The notes beneath the pieces are model-generated. The model had not been told where the DNA came from. It worked only from the letters and a program-made list of their open reading frames with translations, and did no database searches. A DNA stretch of 53,284 nucleotides, counting the filler, from Squatina squatina (lineage: Eukaryota), in NCBI GenBank assembly GCA_031763465.1. It is 3 parts of 3 records of this genome, joined end to end, with 100 filler letters (N's around TTAATTAATTAA, not from the genome) between each part and the next. Parts side by side here need not be neighbours in the genome. Positions count along the whole stretch, not along the records: positions 1 to 24,016 come from JARFOE010000013.1; 2 more parts are not named here. The stretch is one strand, 5' to 3'. Positions 1 to 12,977 of this stretch are shown here, one piece after another (within the stretch, counting starts at the first letter, position 1; each line of letters opens with the position of its first letter). The translations under genes were made by a program, and so were the position numbers.

Positions 1-1273
1 GTTAACACACTTTTAAACTTTGTTTTGATGTAAGAAATTAGCATGTCCTCTGTAACTAAATTTCAATTTAAGGTGTGAATATAAAAGCATTAAGATTCTG
101 TAGGAAGAACTCAAATCAATTCAACATTAGAACTTTGGCAGATCATTGCTCTAAATGAGCATCATGAAACCAATGGAGCTGTAGTCTAAATATTAAATTT
201 CCTTGATGATTATTTTCAATTTATATTTCCCCAATGTCACTCATTCTAATGTAAATCTTTCTTTCTTTTCAACTGCTGTGATAAAGTAATGCTGCTTTTT
301 GCATGATTAAATATGATGGATAAGATTGGATGGATGAAAATCATGAGCTGTTAATAGTAAATCTGTGCAAATTCAAACGTCAGAATGGTCCCAGCTTGTT
401 CACTCCTAATGGCAGGGAGAATTAGGGTTCCTGTAGATTACCTCAGATAAACAAAACACAACTGGAGGATTTACCTTCAACTTTATAGTAAATGTCATTA
501 CTCACACCCTTTCATGTTCTTCTTTAACCAAATGTTGTTGGCAAAAATACAAATATATTTGAACTGAAGTCCGCCATGTGCTATAAATTGTAGAGTGTTA
601 ATCACGTGTACAATATCAACATTGAAAATTATGTAATACAAAATTTGACGTCAGAGACAACAAATGTGATTGTGATGTGTGTCATGAAATGGAGCACCAC
701 ATAAACTGTATTAGAAGGAAGTTGAAGATTATAATGTAGATTTGCACTCTAAATAATTCAGATTTTGTTCATGTTTTGCAATTTATTAATAAATATGGTT
801 AAAAACGAAGAATATTTACCGGTTGTTTTCCCTTCTTTATAACAGCCCTATTCAAGGTGTACATCCAATTAGAATCAGATAGTAGCCTAGAAAGGGGTTG
901 CATGCACAGCCATCGCCTCTAGACATATGACCCAAACTGATGCTCAGAAGGCAGTCTGCAACCTCCTGCTCACCAGCCTCCTGCGATTAATTCAGCATGT
1001 CCTTGAAACTATCTGCCTGCAATCTTAATGTGGGGGCTACAAGCACTGTTATTTCATCCACTGCGCGTAAAAGGCTTCCGTTGGGGCTTTTTTTTAATAT
1101 ACACAAAAACAAATTATGATTTGATTATGAAATGTGGGTTAGAGTATGAGCAAAAAAAATTAAAACTGTTTCTNNNNNNNNNNNNNNNNNNNNNNNNNNN
1201 NNNNNNNNNNNNNNNNNNNNNNNNNNNNNNNNNNNNNNNNNNNNNNNNNNNNNNNNNNNNNNNNNNNNNNNNN

Positions 1274-1352
1274 ACATGCGCAGTGCACTTGCGAGGTCCA
1301 TCCGGGTGCGTGGGAACATCGTACCCACCCGGGGGGATCGCAATTTCAGGGC
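1274..1352. mobile_element. DNA transposon terminal fragment
   Basis: ggtgcgtgggaacatcgtacccacccggggggatcgcaatttcagggcc recurs almost identically at 38352-38403, and a similar end (gcaatttcaggccc) lies at about 17028-17041. Confidence 0.6.
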
Positions 1353-2074
1353 CACTAATTAATTATATTCACCTTTTTTAGAGGCAGGCACTGGCTAGAA
1401 AGCATCGCCACCCACTGAGCGGAGCAGGTGCTTTGCTCAGTGCAGCCCAATTTGACAGTGGGATCCTAGAGCAGGCGTTAGCCCCCTAAATGGCATAGGC
1501 AATGCCCAATGCCTGCTTTAGGCGGAAGCCTCAGATGCTTGAAAAATGTCCCAACTAAATTTTGGATTGGAAGTTTTTCAGGTGTTTTATACCTGTAAAA
1601 TTGGCGCAACGAGGTCCATTTTCTATCCCAAGATCACACATATTGTGCAGAAAAAAATTGAGCTATTTTTTGCCCAACCATAAAATTGTTTTTCATGTCA
1701 ATGCTACAAACAGAAATATGAGACATGAGCATTTCTGTAAAGTGCCTTGGGATGTTTTGCTATGTTAAAGGCACTTTTTAACTTCAAGTTATTATTATTG
1801 AACGATTACCAAACACAACCTTTAGATCCAATGGCCCTGCATCCTATAGAGTGAAAATTGTAAGGATCTGAATAGGCAAACAAGATGCATAAATTAAATT
1901 AGGCACTTCAAGCATTACATGCATTAAGTTGGGCTTTTCCTTGAATAGGTACTAACTATGTTGAATCGCAAAGAGTTAAATACACCTAAATAGAATAAAA
2001 TTTGCCACAAGTTACACAGGCTCTACAAGACCTGCATCGTTATAAAATGTCTCCAATTTATATCGGAGACAGAA

Positions 2075-2127
2075 GATTAAAAATGAACATCTTCTGTGAC
2101 AAAGGATTAAAAATGAACATCTACTGT
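2075..2127 (+). repeat. Short direct duplication, period 30
   Basis: gattaaaaatgaacatct(t/a)ctgt at 2075 and 2105. Confidence 0.7.
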
Positions 2128-2534
2128 ATTTAAGCACCAATTAAATGCTAACATGAAAGATATATTTATCATGCATACAAACAACTCCAACTCTAATTGC
2201 ACACTATTTCTAGTATCAAAATACTGATAGCACCATATTAATAGTGGATATTTACAGGGACTTACAGTGTTCAATAATAACCTTACGACAAATAGCAAGT
2301 TTAATTAGAAGTCCCAAGAAGAAACTCATGCAAATACATTTTAACGAGCAAGTCATCTTGTCTTCCTATTTATAGACTCGTCAACCAAAAATCATTTCAG
2401 TAGCAGTCACTTTAAGCTTTCTCCTTTTACCGAATAAATAAGAGGAATACTTTTCTTTTTCAGGTCTGGCAGGTTACCTATAACCTCTCTTCCTCCCCTC
2501 CCTTTATCAGCGCGATTAAAAGGCTCATGAATCT

Positions 2535-2640
2535 TCCAGTCCTGACAAAAGGTCCAAACCCAAAACATTAATCTGTCTTTTCTCTTTACAGATGCTGATG
2601 GACCTGCTGTGTGTTTCCAGCATTTTCCATTTTTATTACT
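2535..2640 (+). mobile_element. Penelope-like terminal fragment
   Basis: ccagtcctgacaaaaggtc..aaacattaatctgtc..acagatgctgatggacctgctgtgtgtttccagcatttt is homologous to 49920-50020. A further reverse fragment lies at about 8055-8107. Confidence 0.65.
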
Positions 2641-5384
2641 AATGTTCAATATTTATAATCATAAAATTCACAACATAGAGGCCTAGAAATTCTTTTGAGT
2701 TGATCAGCCGTCACAAACTGAGTGCAGGGAACAATTTTTGTGCCGGAACGTGTCGGCATTAGGCCCATCCAATATTGGGACTCGTGCATCTTTTAAATGA
2801 AAATGCTGAGCTGTGGATACCGACCAGACATCACCAGGCAGCTCATCAGCAAACAGACTTTGAACTTTGAACCATTGCTTCGCCAGCAGCAGTGCTGAGG
2901 TAAGACATTAAAGGGGAAGGGGACTCAATTGGGACGGAGGGTGATCTGGAGATGGAGGTAGTGTTCGGGATGGGGAGGGGGTGATCAGGGGCCTGTAATT
3001 GTCTACGGGATTGCAGTGGAGTCGGGAGAAGGACACCTCCATATCCCAGCTGCACATTCAGGCAAACCTTTTAAGGGCCGCTGGTTTGGCCGCATGTAGA
3101 CCTGATTATCCTGAACTCAACTGGGCCAGCGCCACCTGCATTAAGGTAGCCCAATTTTACACAGGGGGCCTCAAACTNNNNNNNNNNNNNNNNNNNNNNN
3201 NNNNNNNNNNNNNNNNNNNNNNNNNNNNNNNNNNNNNNNNNNNNNNNNNNNNNNNNNNNNNNNNNNNNNNNNNNNNNCTTCCATGCTCCTTGACATTGCC
3301 AAGATGCAATCTGGCAGGTTTGTCTTTTGCCATTGTGTCTGTGCCGGATTTTTGAAAGAGCTATTCTATTAATCCCACTTGCCTGCTCTTTCCCCATAGT
3401 CCTGCAAATTTTTCCTTTTACTTCCATTGAGGTACAACAAAATCAGGAAAGATGTAAAAGGGGCTGCCGATTTACTATCACCTGTTTTACACTATTGCAC
3501 AAAAGTCCATATTACCCCCAATGTGTTGAAAGAGCATAAGGACACACTGTGAGAGGCAAATATGCTGTGCATTGCCATGCTTTTCAAAAATCAAGTCGAT
3601 ACATTTGATCCTTGGTGATTAATTCGGGTTCTACCCTAGCGGTCATGTGGACAAGATCTTTAATATTAAACTGAAACAGTGCTGTGAGCACTGGAGCAGA
3701 ATGTGTCATTTTTTTAAAGATGGATTCACATATTTCAAACAGATTGTCTGATTTTCTTTCTATCGAACTGTGGAAAATGTTGTATCTATTGTAAAATGTG
3801 ACAGTTGTAACGAAAATAAATGGGTATCTCAAACCCTGTTACTAAGGAATCTGTCATGCAATGTACAATAATGTGTCGCATTTATGTTGTAACATTTTTT
3901 CCTATTTCAATTCTAACTATTGATGTAAATGTCCAACAGTAGGAAATGGGAATTTTGAATCAGATCCTTATTAAATAGTTCAGAAGTCAAACATAATGCA
4001 GATTTCCAGGAAACTATCTCTCCCTTTCAAAGTTCAGTTTACAACTCACTGCTTCCATTCTTATTTATTCAGTTGATATTTTTCATGATTTTAATATAAC
4101 ATTTAGGCATAGATCTTCATTGGGTAAAATATTTCTTATCACATCATAGACACTTATTGTATGTTTCTTTAAACAGCTAACAACAACACCTAAGGTGAAA
4201 ACTGAGTCAATTTAGAATTGGTATTGCAATNNNNNNNNNNNNNNNNNNNNNNNNNNNNNNNNNNNNNNNNNNNNNNNNNNNNNNNNNNNNNNNNNNNNNN
4301 NNNNNNNNNNNNNNNNNNNNNNNNNNNNNNGGTGGGAAATCTGGTGAATGGCATCAACTTAAAGGCAACCTGCAACCTCTTAAAGGGAAGGTGCACTTTT
4401 CAATGGTAACCATCACAAAGTAGAAGCAGCGTGTAGCATGGCTTTACCCAAGGTTTTTTGACGTAGCGATGGAGGTAGCCACCTGAGATGCCTGATGAAT
4501 GGTTCCCACTTCAGGAACAACATCTGTGCAGATTGAGTGCAGGTCGTTCCACTGCTAAATTGGTATGATTTGAGACAGTTTTACACCCAAAAAATGATGC
4601 AACACATACCAATTTCTACCCCATTTTTGCTTTGTTTCTTGTGCTAGAATTGGCTACTGAGGTTAAATCAGAAGCATGATTTAGTGCCTCTAAATTACAT
4701 TGACACTAGCACATAACGTTTATTTCTGTAAAACTATGAGTGCATTGTGAGTCTTAAAGTTGTTCAACGTCATTATTCTTTGCCATAATGCCATTTTCAG
4801 GGTTTTTTAAATTATAGTTCAAAGAATGGGTACATTTTGTCCCAGAGCATTCAGGATTACATTAAACTTCATTAAAGGGGCATTAACAATATAAACCTAC
4901 CACTGTAATATTTTACATTATACAATGCACTTTAATAAATCCATTGGCACATGGAAGGACATGCAAAATATGAAAGAAACCAAGACCTTAAGATGAATGT
5001 ATTACTTGTTCCAGAACATTATTCATAAAGCTCACGGTGATCTATGCAGTAGAAAATGCAGCCCCCTTCATCTTTTATTATAAATTAACTGTTAATCAGG
5101 ATGTCACAATTTAGCAGTGCTCTGACATGCTAAGACAGTGTGATATAAAAAAACTAACAATGATAATTGAATCTACTGCTTTTTCACCTATGATGATAAT
5201 CTTCAAATATGACAGTTGAGGTTTTCATGCCAGATCAACATAAGAGGTACTTACAAGCCCAAAGCACTTCTACCTGGAAAGAAAGTTCAATTTACAGGGA
5301 ACTGACAGCACTGATAGCATGGTGTCATCGCTGTTGTGATTAGTGAAATTGTGATTATCCTTCTTTACAAAATCATACACTGTC

Positions 5385-6070
5385 AACCTAAATTGTTAAT
5401 GTTGTCAATGGTGTCTTCATCCCACATCTGCTCCTGACTTAGGCAGTTTAACAGCACAGTCAGTATTTGTGAATTACAATTTAACAATATGCACTGTAGG
5501 TGCAGTAATACAAATAAAGCAGTCTCACAAAATGTCAATGATTTGGGCCACAATAGTGTCACGGCTATCGGCAGGCTGTAAGCCAGACTGAAGGAATTGG
5601 AATAGAAAGTGGTGGACACACAGTTGGGTAGCGATGACGCATTCTGGAAGAGGAAGGAGAGGTTGGTGATAAGGAAACATTTCTCAAGAATGGAGGTGGT
5701 CGAGAGATGTTTTTTTTTTAAAGGAGTGAAGAGAATTAGGAAATTTAATTTTCTTTTAAAAATGGTAGGGGGAAACAGTGCCTAAGGAACCAAAGTAGCT
5801 AATGATGTTGGCAAGCATTAGGCCAAGGAGACTGGTCAGAAATTATTTTGGGACAGTGTCCAGTGAGCATATGATGGTGTTTGGAGAAGATGAGTCAGAT
5901 AAAGTCTGAAGAGCTGTAGGGGAAAAATTGCTGAACTTTGCATGATGGAGGTTGGAACAGTTGGAAAACTTCAGAGAAGAGAGAGCTGGTGGGATGAAGA
6001 AGGCACGGATAGTTTAGGTGATGGTTTCAGTTTTGGATAAAAGCAAATCCATGAGTTACAGACACTTGAA
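5385..6070 (-). mobile_element. Heavily decayed L2-type LINE reverse transcriptase fragment
   Basis: Minus strand gives PLKKKTSLD..VIATQL..FLQSGLQPADSRDT..DIL*DC, matching the L2 pattern LQSGFRP.HSTET..NDIL. Confidence 0.6.
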
Positions 6071-8500
6071 ATTTTACTAGGTGCCAGTGAATATTCATAA
6101 AATTAAACATTTATTGTCAGACCTGGACTAGAAATTTGGTACCACCCCAATTTTTGAAATGTTGAACAAGTAGCGCCAGGTACTAATAATTCTGAGATTC
6201 CAGTAAGTTGGCAGCTAGTACTCCAAGAAAGAACTGGAATGCTAAATCAACTGATAATGACCTCACTAGGGTGCTACAGGGGCTCTAACAGCAGAAAGTG
6301 GATGAATTTCAGGTGCAGTGCAATTGCAAATTAAAATTCACACTGNNNNNNNNNNNNNNNNNNNNNNNNNNNNNNNNNNNNNNNNNNNNNNNNNNNNNNN
6401 NNNNNNNNNNNNNNNNNNNNNNNNNNNNNNNNNNNNNNNNNNNNNTTTAGTTGTTCCTTGCATTCAACCCAGTTTATTTGAGTATTAAATGTTTTTAATT
6501 TAAAGCATTTCTGTTCACATTTTATTTGTCTTTGTACATAGCCAGTCAACCACCTGGACTTTTTCTTACCACCTTTCCTTCTTTTGATTTTGGGTACATG
6601 TTTGTTTTCAACATTTTTAGTTTTGTTCTTAAAAACTTTTCATTTATATTTTACATTGGTCTCAATTTACCTTTTCCAAGTCATCTGCCATTTTGGAGAA
6701 GTTTGCCCTTCTGAAATCCAGTACCAGTTGAAGGTTCTCAGTACCTTTAGTTCTACTAGCCAATTGGAACCGTATTAATAAGTTTTGATTCTACAATTTA
6801 AATACTTTGAACACATCATCTACAGTTTTTACCCTACTCCCCTCGAACTCCTCAGGGACATGGACACTTACTGATCAGATATCCAAGCTATGAGCAAAAG
6901 TCAATGAACTAGAACAGTTACCATAAAATTGCATTACACTGTAAGAGAACAGATAATAGACATGGCCAGTGCGTAGCTGTTCTTCTCAATCAATTAACTG
7001 CAAAAGCATTAAGGGAGTGGAATCCATTGAATGATCAAATTACCACAGTAAAATTCATCACCAGCCATTGGAAAACTTGCATTAGCAGAATGCTATGCTC
7101 CACCAAGTAATAGTTTTGAACTAGAGAAACAAGATTTTTATGACAAGCTGCCTGATGATTTATATATAGCAACATATCAAATCATGACAAACTTATGGTC
7201 ACTGGAGATTTGAATTGAAAAACTGGGACAGAAAGCATGACATTTGAAGAAGGAACTGATGCATACAACATTGGTACAATAAGTGAAAAAAGTAAGAGCT
7301 TTTCTTCTGCTGGAAATATCCAGATTATCATGCCTAGGTTTCCAGAAAGTGTAACCAGAAATCAGATTGAGTATCGGAGCTAAGTGGTGTAAATCTCTAT
7401 AAGACGTCTGATCATATAAAGAATCGGACATTAGAAGTGACCACTTTCTGGTAATAACTAAGACCAATATAAAGAAAAGAAACTAATTCAAGTGCTCTCG
7501 ACTGCCATATGATTTCAACAGATTGAAAGATCCACTTATAAGTGAACAGTTCCAGCTACATCTCTAGGAAAACAGAGATTGAGAAGTGGAACCAATTTAA
7601 AGCCTTGATGGAAAAGCAGTTCTTTGCTACAGCGGGGGCTACTTAAAGAGTAGTGATAAGCCAATAGGAATGGAACCTAAGTGAAGGACAAAAAAGGATT
7701 AAGCATTGAGGTTAGTAAAGGGACCCTTTATAGATCTCTAAATGATGCCGAGGGGAGTAAGGGGAAAAATTACATAAAAGTGTGAAAAAAGATGAGGAGC
7801 AGAGAGCAGCTGCCCAGAATTCTATCAAGGCTATAAAAGTTAATGAAACAACTTATTACACAATCAGGGTCCAGAAATCAGTGTCCGTGAAAAGTAAACA
7901 AGTTACAGTTTTCAATGCAGAGGGCAGAACAATTCCAAGTACTTAACCACCCTGATTCAAGGTTACCACCTCATTTAAGAGCAAAAGGCAAGACTAGAAC
8001 TATTGGAAGATGTGTTGCAAGTCAGAATAAAGGAGGCACAAAAGCAAACTACTGTGGAAGCTGGAAATCTGAAATAAAAACAGAAAATGCTGGAAATACT
8101 CATCAGGTCACAGACTTGGGGCCTCAAATTGTCTGCAGCCACGCTTGAAATGCTGCAGCACTGATTAGCGCCCAAACAGCGCTCGGCATTAATAACGCCA
8201 GGGAGCTCTGAAATTCGTTAGTGTTTTTTCAGTTTCCAGGTGTGGCCTGGAGGTGCTGTGGGGGCGCTGTCTTGAGTGTAGAAAACAACTCCATGTGAGC
8301 CATCACTGTAAAAAAGTGCATTCCCATTGCCTTGATTCGGAAAAGTAGCCTGGCTGCTTGCTTTGCTCCTGTGAGATCAAATTGTGAAAAATGTCTGCAG
8401 NNNNNNNNNNNNNNNNNNNNNNNNNNNNNNNNNNNNNNNNNNNNNNNNNNNNNNNNNNNNNNNNNNNNNNNNNNNNNNNNNNNNNNNNNNNNNNNNNNNN

Positions 8501-8670
8501 TGAAGGCTGAGATAGACAGATTTTTGAGCAATAATAAAGTCAAAGGTTATGGGGAACAGGCAGGAAAGTAGAGTTGAGATCAGAATCAGATCAGCCATGA
8601 TCTCATTGAATGGTGGAGCAGGCTCGAGAAGCTGAATGGCCTACTCCTGCTCCTATTTATGTTCTTATGC
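8501..8670 (+). mobile_element. CR1 LINE 3' end
   Basis: KAEIDRFLSNNKVKGYGEQAGK* followed by the 3' UTR gctgaatggcctactcctgctcct. Confidence 0.85.
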
Positions 8671-9689
8671 TTGTAAAATAATTTGTTCCATTTCAGATTT
8701 GTTAAAATTCAGCTGCAAGTTGGCCTGAAATAACTAGGAACATGAAATTGAGATTTTTTCCTTCCCACCAAGCTGTTCAGAATCCTTCAAATTGTCTACA
8801 TTAAGCTACCTTATCTAAAGCAGTATTCCACCTTTCTTGTGTACGAACTGTAGTGCCCCTTTCAAAATCAAAACTTCTAAAATATAAACTGTTATTCTTC
8901 AGTCAAGGGAACACAGCTTTCCAAGTCCAAAGTATGGCATGTGATATATAATTTCAGTCAGCTTAGTCCATTCTGTAATCACACACATGCTGTGTTTATT
9001 TTCTAGTTGTTTGTGGCTTCTGTGTTGTGACTGCAAGCCAAAAGCAGGAATTAGAGTTTTCTAATTGCGAGAGGCTCTGGTGAAGTAACCGTCCCTTCCT
9101 TAGAAGCGAGTTTCAAGAATTTCCCAGTTCAGGTAGTCAGCAGGCCAGGTGCAGAGTAACTGTTTCATTTGTTAAATCAGAAAGGGAGAGGGAATGGTTT
9201 AGACCCTCAGCTGAAATCTGTCAAGCAACCAATCTGCCTATGTGTTTGTAAGCTCCAAACAGTAATGGCCGACAAAAATTCTTTCTAAAGATGGCGCCTT
9301 TAAATAGTGCTCCTCCAGCTGACTCCCGACTGAAACTTGACAGCTGAAGCTGTCGTTGTCAGTGCCAGACGGTAAGAGGGGGGCGCCACCGAATTTCTCT
9401 TCCAGGGCGGTAACGGGGGTGCTACCTGTGAGCGCCTCTGGAAAACGGTGCTATTCTCGCTGCGCCCAGGTGAAAACCCATTTGCACCCCATTCACATCC
9501 CTCCAGGTGCTAACTGGAGGCAAAAATACCTGCATATCACCCTGAAGGGCTTTTTAATTGAAACAGCAAAGGATAAGGGATGGTTTAACAGAGGTTTTAA
9601 AAATTATGAAAGGCTTTGAGATGGTAAGGGAAGGAAATGGGATGAGTATACTGCTCCAACAAGCACAGGCGCAATGGGCTGAATCGCAC

Positions 9690-9913
9690 AGGAGCACATC
9701 ACCTTCAGGTTCCTCTCCAGGTCACACACAATCTGACTTGAACATATATCGCTGTGCCTTCATCATCGCTAGGTCAAAATGCTGGAATTTCTGAGCATAG
9801 GGATGGCAGTGGTTCAAGAGGCTGCCCAGCAACACCTTCTCAGGACAACAAAGGATGGACAGTTAAAGTGGCCTTACCAGTAACGCTCACATTCTAAGAA
9901 CAAATTTAAAAAA
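9690..9913 (+). mobile_element. LINE 3' end (CR1/L2-group family with a QRFKK.AHHHLL C-terminus)
   Basis: ctgacttgaacatatatcgctg..gcagtggttcaagaggctgcccagcaacaccttctc..A-rich tail. Reverse homologue of 15742-15860. Confidence 0.65.
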
Positions 9914-10194
9914 AGCTTACTTCTGTGCTGTCATTTTTATGATTCATTGGGAGGGACCACCTGAGGCATTTAAAGGCATAGTCAGGTGTCAAAAATCTTT
10001 CCTAAACCAACTTTCAAACTTATCTGAGATAACCTGTACAAATATATTAAATAAAGAAAGCGTGATGACAATGACAAATAACGATCAATATGGTCAGTCT
10101 GTTATAAACACCCTTAAAACATGTGCAAGAGTAATAAGAAATACTCAAAACCAGTGCTATTTAATGTCAATTATGCTTCACAATTTGAAAGGTA

Positions 10195-10622
10195 TTAACA
10201 TTTATTTGTATTTTTACATGTGGAGAACTCCAATTTTCTGAAAATGTTGTAAGTACATGCAATGTACGGAACACTCAACTCACATATAATGCAATACAAT
10301 ATTTAAAAATTGTGTACACTTTACATACCAGTATTGATTTTCTTGCAGAAATTGATCATTTTTATTCATTGACAATAATTAATACAAAAATAATTTCACA
10401 TTTATAAAATAGATCATTGCATCACAATAAATTACAATGATTATATAATTACTCACTTTGTATGTACAAACTAAGAAACTGTCGTAAATGGGTTCACTCC
10501 ATTCCCACAAGGTAGGATAAACTATGCACCTAGGCAATTTAAGGCAGTTTTTTTTCAGTCAAAAACTATTCGAGCAAAATCTATTTATCAACAATATCTA
10601 TAGATCAACTCTAAAGCATTAA
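10195..10622 (-). other. Candidate 3' UTR end and polyadenylation region (possibly HNF4G)
   Basis: Minus-strand AATAAA at 10366-10361 and 10206-10201, a TGTACATA Pumilio-type element at 10468-10461, and U-rich composition. It lies downstream of the HNF4G exons. Gene assignment is inference. Confidence 0.3.
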
Positions 10623-11530
10623 ATGTTAAACTTTGATATTACNNNNNNNNNNNNNNNNNNNNNNNNNNNNNNNNNNNNNNNNNNNNNNNNNNNNNNNNNN
10701 NNNNNNNNNNNNNNNNNNNNNNNNNNNNNNNNNNNNNNNNNNTTGTTATTACTCTGAAAGCTAATCTGATTTGAGATTATCACACACTTCATAAACAGAT
10801 ACAGAATTGTAAGTATTCTGGTAAAAACGAGGTGTATTATTTTTCAGTAAAGCTCCCTCTTCTGGTCATACAATATAAAACCATGTTGTAAAACTTGGCA
10901 GCCACACTGCTGCGAGTAAGAGTATATACCAGAGCTGGTACTGTAAGATATGAATTTAAATGGCAAGACTCAAAACAGGAAAGTTTGCATGAAGAACTAA
11001 GAGAGCTACCTGGTGAAGTGACATTGGCTATAATAATCTTGTAAATTTGAGTTTCATAGTTAGTGAAATCATCAGTACCCCTTGGTTGGTCATTTATTCT
11101 CCACAAAGGCTTTCATTACTCACCTTCAATTTTCACTTACCTTAAAAGTGAAGTTAACCAGTCTCAGAAGGCAGAATTTATGGTTTATAACATAACCAAG
11201 TATGAAACACCTTTCTTCATTGTCACAGCTCTAAATTATGGCTACATCAATTGGAAAATAGTGAAATATAGATGTAAATTGATAAATCTGATCTATAATT
11301 TATAAAATTTACATGAACTTTTGACATGAACTAAGTTTGTTTTGTCATTATACAAATAACTTCAACCGAATCCCTTTAAAATATTAACCTGAGATTGCAA
11401 CTTGTGTTTGAGAGCAAAACCTTTTGCTCCTGAAATGGTACACCCCACAAAACAACAGCATTGGCAAAGACAAGAAATTAATACAGCCATTTATAGTTTT
11501 AAAATTAGGATCTTTTTACTTTTTTTGTAG

Positions 11531-11667
11531 AATGAAGCGAATTCAGTGTAGAGCACTGACCTGTCTCCATAACCTTTTATCAGTATTTGAAGTGGAGGGG
11601 CTTGGAGGACCAGCTGCACTTCAGGCTCTTTCACAGCACCTAACACAGCTTGTTTTCTCTCAGTCAG
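11531..11667 (+). CDS. HEATR3: HEAT repeat-containing protein 3, single internal exon
   Basis: ttttttttgtag acceptor and gtgagt donor. [45 protein letters not shown] resembles recalled HEATR3 [42 protein letters not shown]. Confidence 0.85.
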
Positions 11668-11754
11668 GTGAGTTAATTGGGTAACAACAGCTATAGTTAG
11701 GTACTTAAAATTTCCACTTTTGTCCTTTCCATGTTCTAACTATAGATCATCAGA

Positions 11755-11833
11755 TCATCTCCTAATCTGAGGAAAGACATTCTTGCCATAGAGGGAGTAC
11801 AGAGAAGGTTCACTAGATTGATCCCTGGGATGG
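11755..11833 (+). mobile_element. CR1 reverse transcriptase C-terminal fragment
   Basis: SPNLRKDILAIEGVQRRFTRLIPGM at a contig end. Confidence 0.8.
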
Positions 11834-11933
11834 NNNNNNNNNNNNNNNNNNNNNNNNNNNNNNNNNNNNNNNNNNNNNNNNNNNNNNNNNNNNNNNNNNN
11901 NNNNNNNNNNNNNNNNNNNNNNNNNNNNNNNNN

Positions 11934-12077
11934 TTTGAAGAGTAGGCAACAGCAGTAGCAGCTCTCCAAATCGTCCTCGGGAATCATACTGTCGATCATT
12001 AATGTAATCCTCCAAACTAACTTGCACTTGGTAACGCATATTCTTGATTTTTGATGGATCATTTAAAGCTTTAGCAT
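11934..12077 (-). CDS. HNF4G: HNF4-gamma ligand-binding-domain exon (about exon 8), truncated by a gap
   Basis: Acceptor tattttcccacag, then (D)[53 protein letters not shown] and [14 protein letters not shown] fit HNF4G. Confidence 0.93.
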
Positions 12078-12707
12078 CTGTGGGAAAATAAATACAAGAT
12101 GAAATAAAAATTTGTACACATAATTGTCACTATGAGATAAGAAGGCGATAAGCCGTAGCATAAGACAAACTCATATAGGTGTCAAAGAAGCGAGAGTTGC
12201 CCAATAGCAATTGACCTTTCAGATTGAGGATTTGTTTAGTAAAATGTAGGAAGTGAAAAATTATTTTTTTATTATACAACTGACATCTGTAGACAATACA
12301 GGTAACTTTCCATCCACTACAATTAATAGACAAAAAACATTATAGGCTGTATGCCTGTCATTTTCCAAGAGGTGCCACTCTACACAGTACCAAATTACTG
12401 AATCGCCACTAATATTTCCAACCTAACACGAATTAGAACATCTAGAACATTATTTTTTTTGTGTTTGTGCGGAGACAGAATTTGTACCCACCTCAGCCTT
12501 AACGAGATTCCCCAAAGCAAAGTTTTCAGCTGAATGCATCTCCATGATACGGAATCACTATGGGCTGTTCAACAGCACTTGATCATGAGCCTGACAATTT
12601 GAACTTTTTCCCTCTGCTCTTCTGCAGAAGAAGGTTCCACATTACAGGAGGGATCAACTCCTCATGGGAGGAAGTCTGTTATCCCACCAAATTTAAGGCC
12701 TTGAGAT

Positions 12708-12779
12708 TTTTAAAAATTCATTCCTGGGATGTGAGTGTTGCTGACAAAGTCAGCAGTTATTGCCCATCCCTAACTGCCC
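12708..12779 (-). mobile_element. LINE 3' tail, same family as 15742-15860
   Basis: aaattcattcctgggatgtg..ttattgcccatcccta is nearly the same as 15749-15810. Confidence 0.7.
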
Positions 12780-12879
12780 NNNNNNNNNNNNNNNNNNNNN
12801 NNNNNNNNNNNNNNNNNNNNNNNNNNNNNNNNNNNNNNNNNNNNNNNNNNNNNNNNNNNNNNNNNNNNNNNNNNNNNNN

Positions 12880-12977
12880 ATAGTGTTTTCCTGTTGCTCT
12901 GTCCCCACAGATTGCACACAAAATGATAATACTATTGTCTGATGTGTTCATGGTGTTTGTCTCAGTTGGAGAAGTGT
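12880..12977 (-). CDS. HNF4G: HNF4-gamma exon 2, start of the C4 zinc-finger DNA-binding domain, truncated by a gap
   Basis: Acceptor tttcctcactcag, then (D)TSPTETNTMNTSDNSIIILCAICGDRATGKHY. The MNT.DN stretch before LCAICGDRATGKHY fits HNF4G better than HNF4A. Confidence 0.93.
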
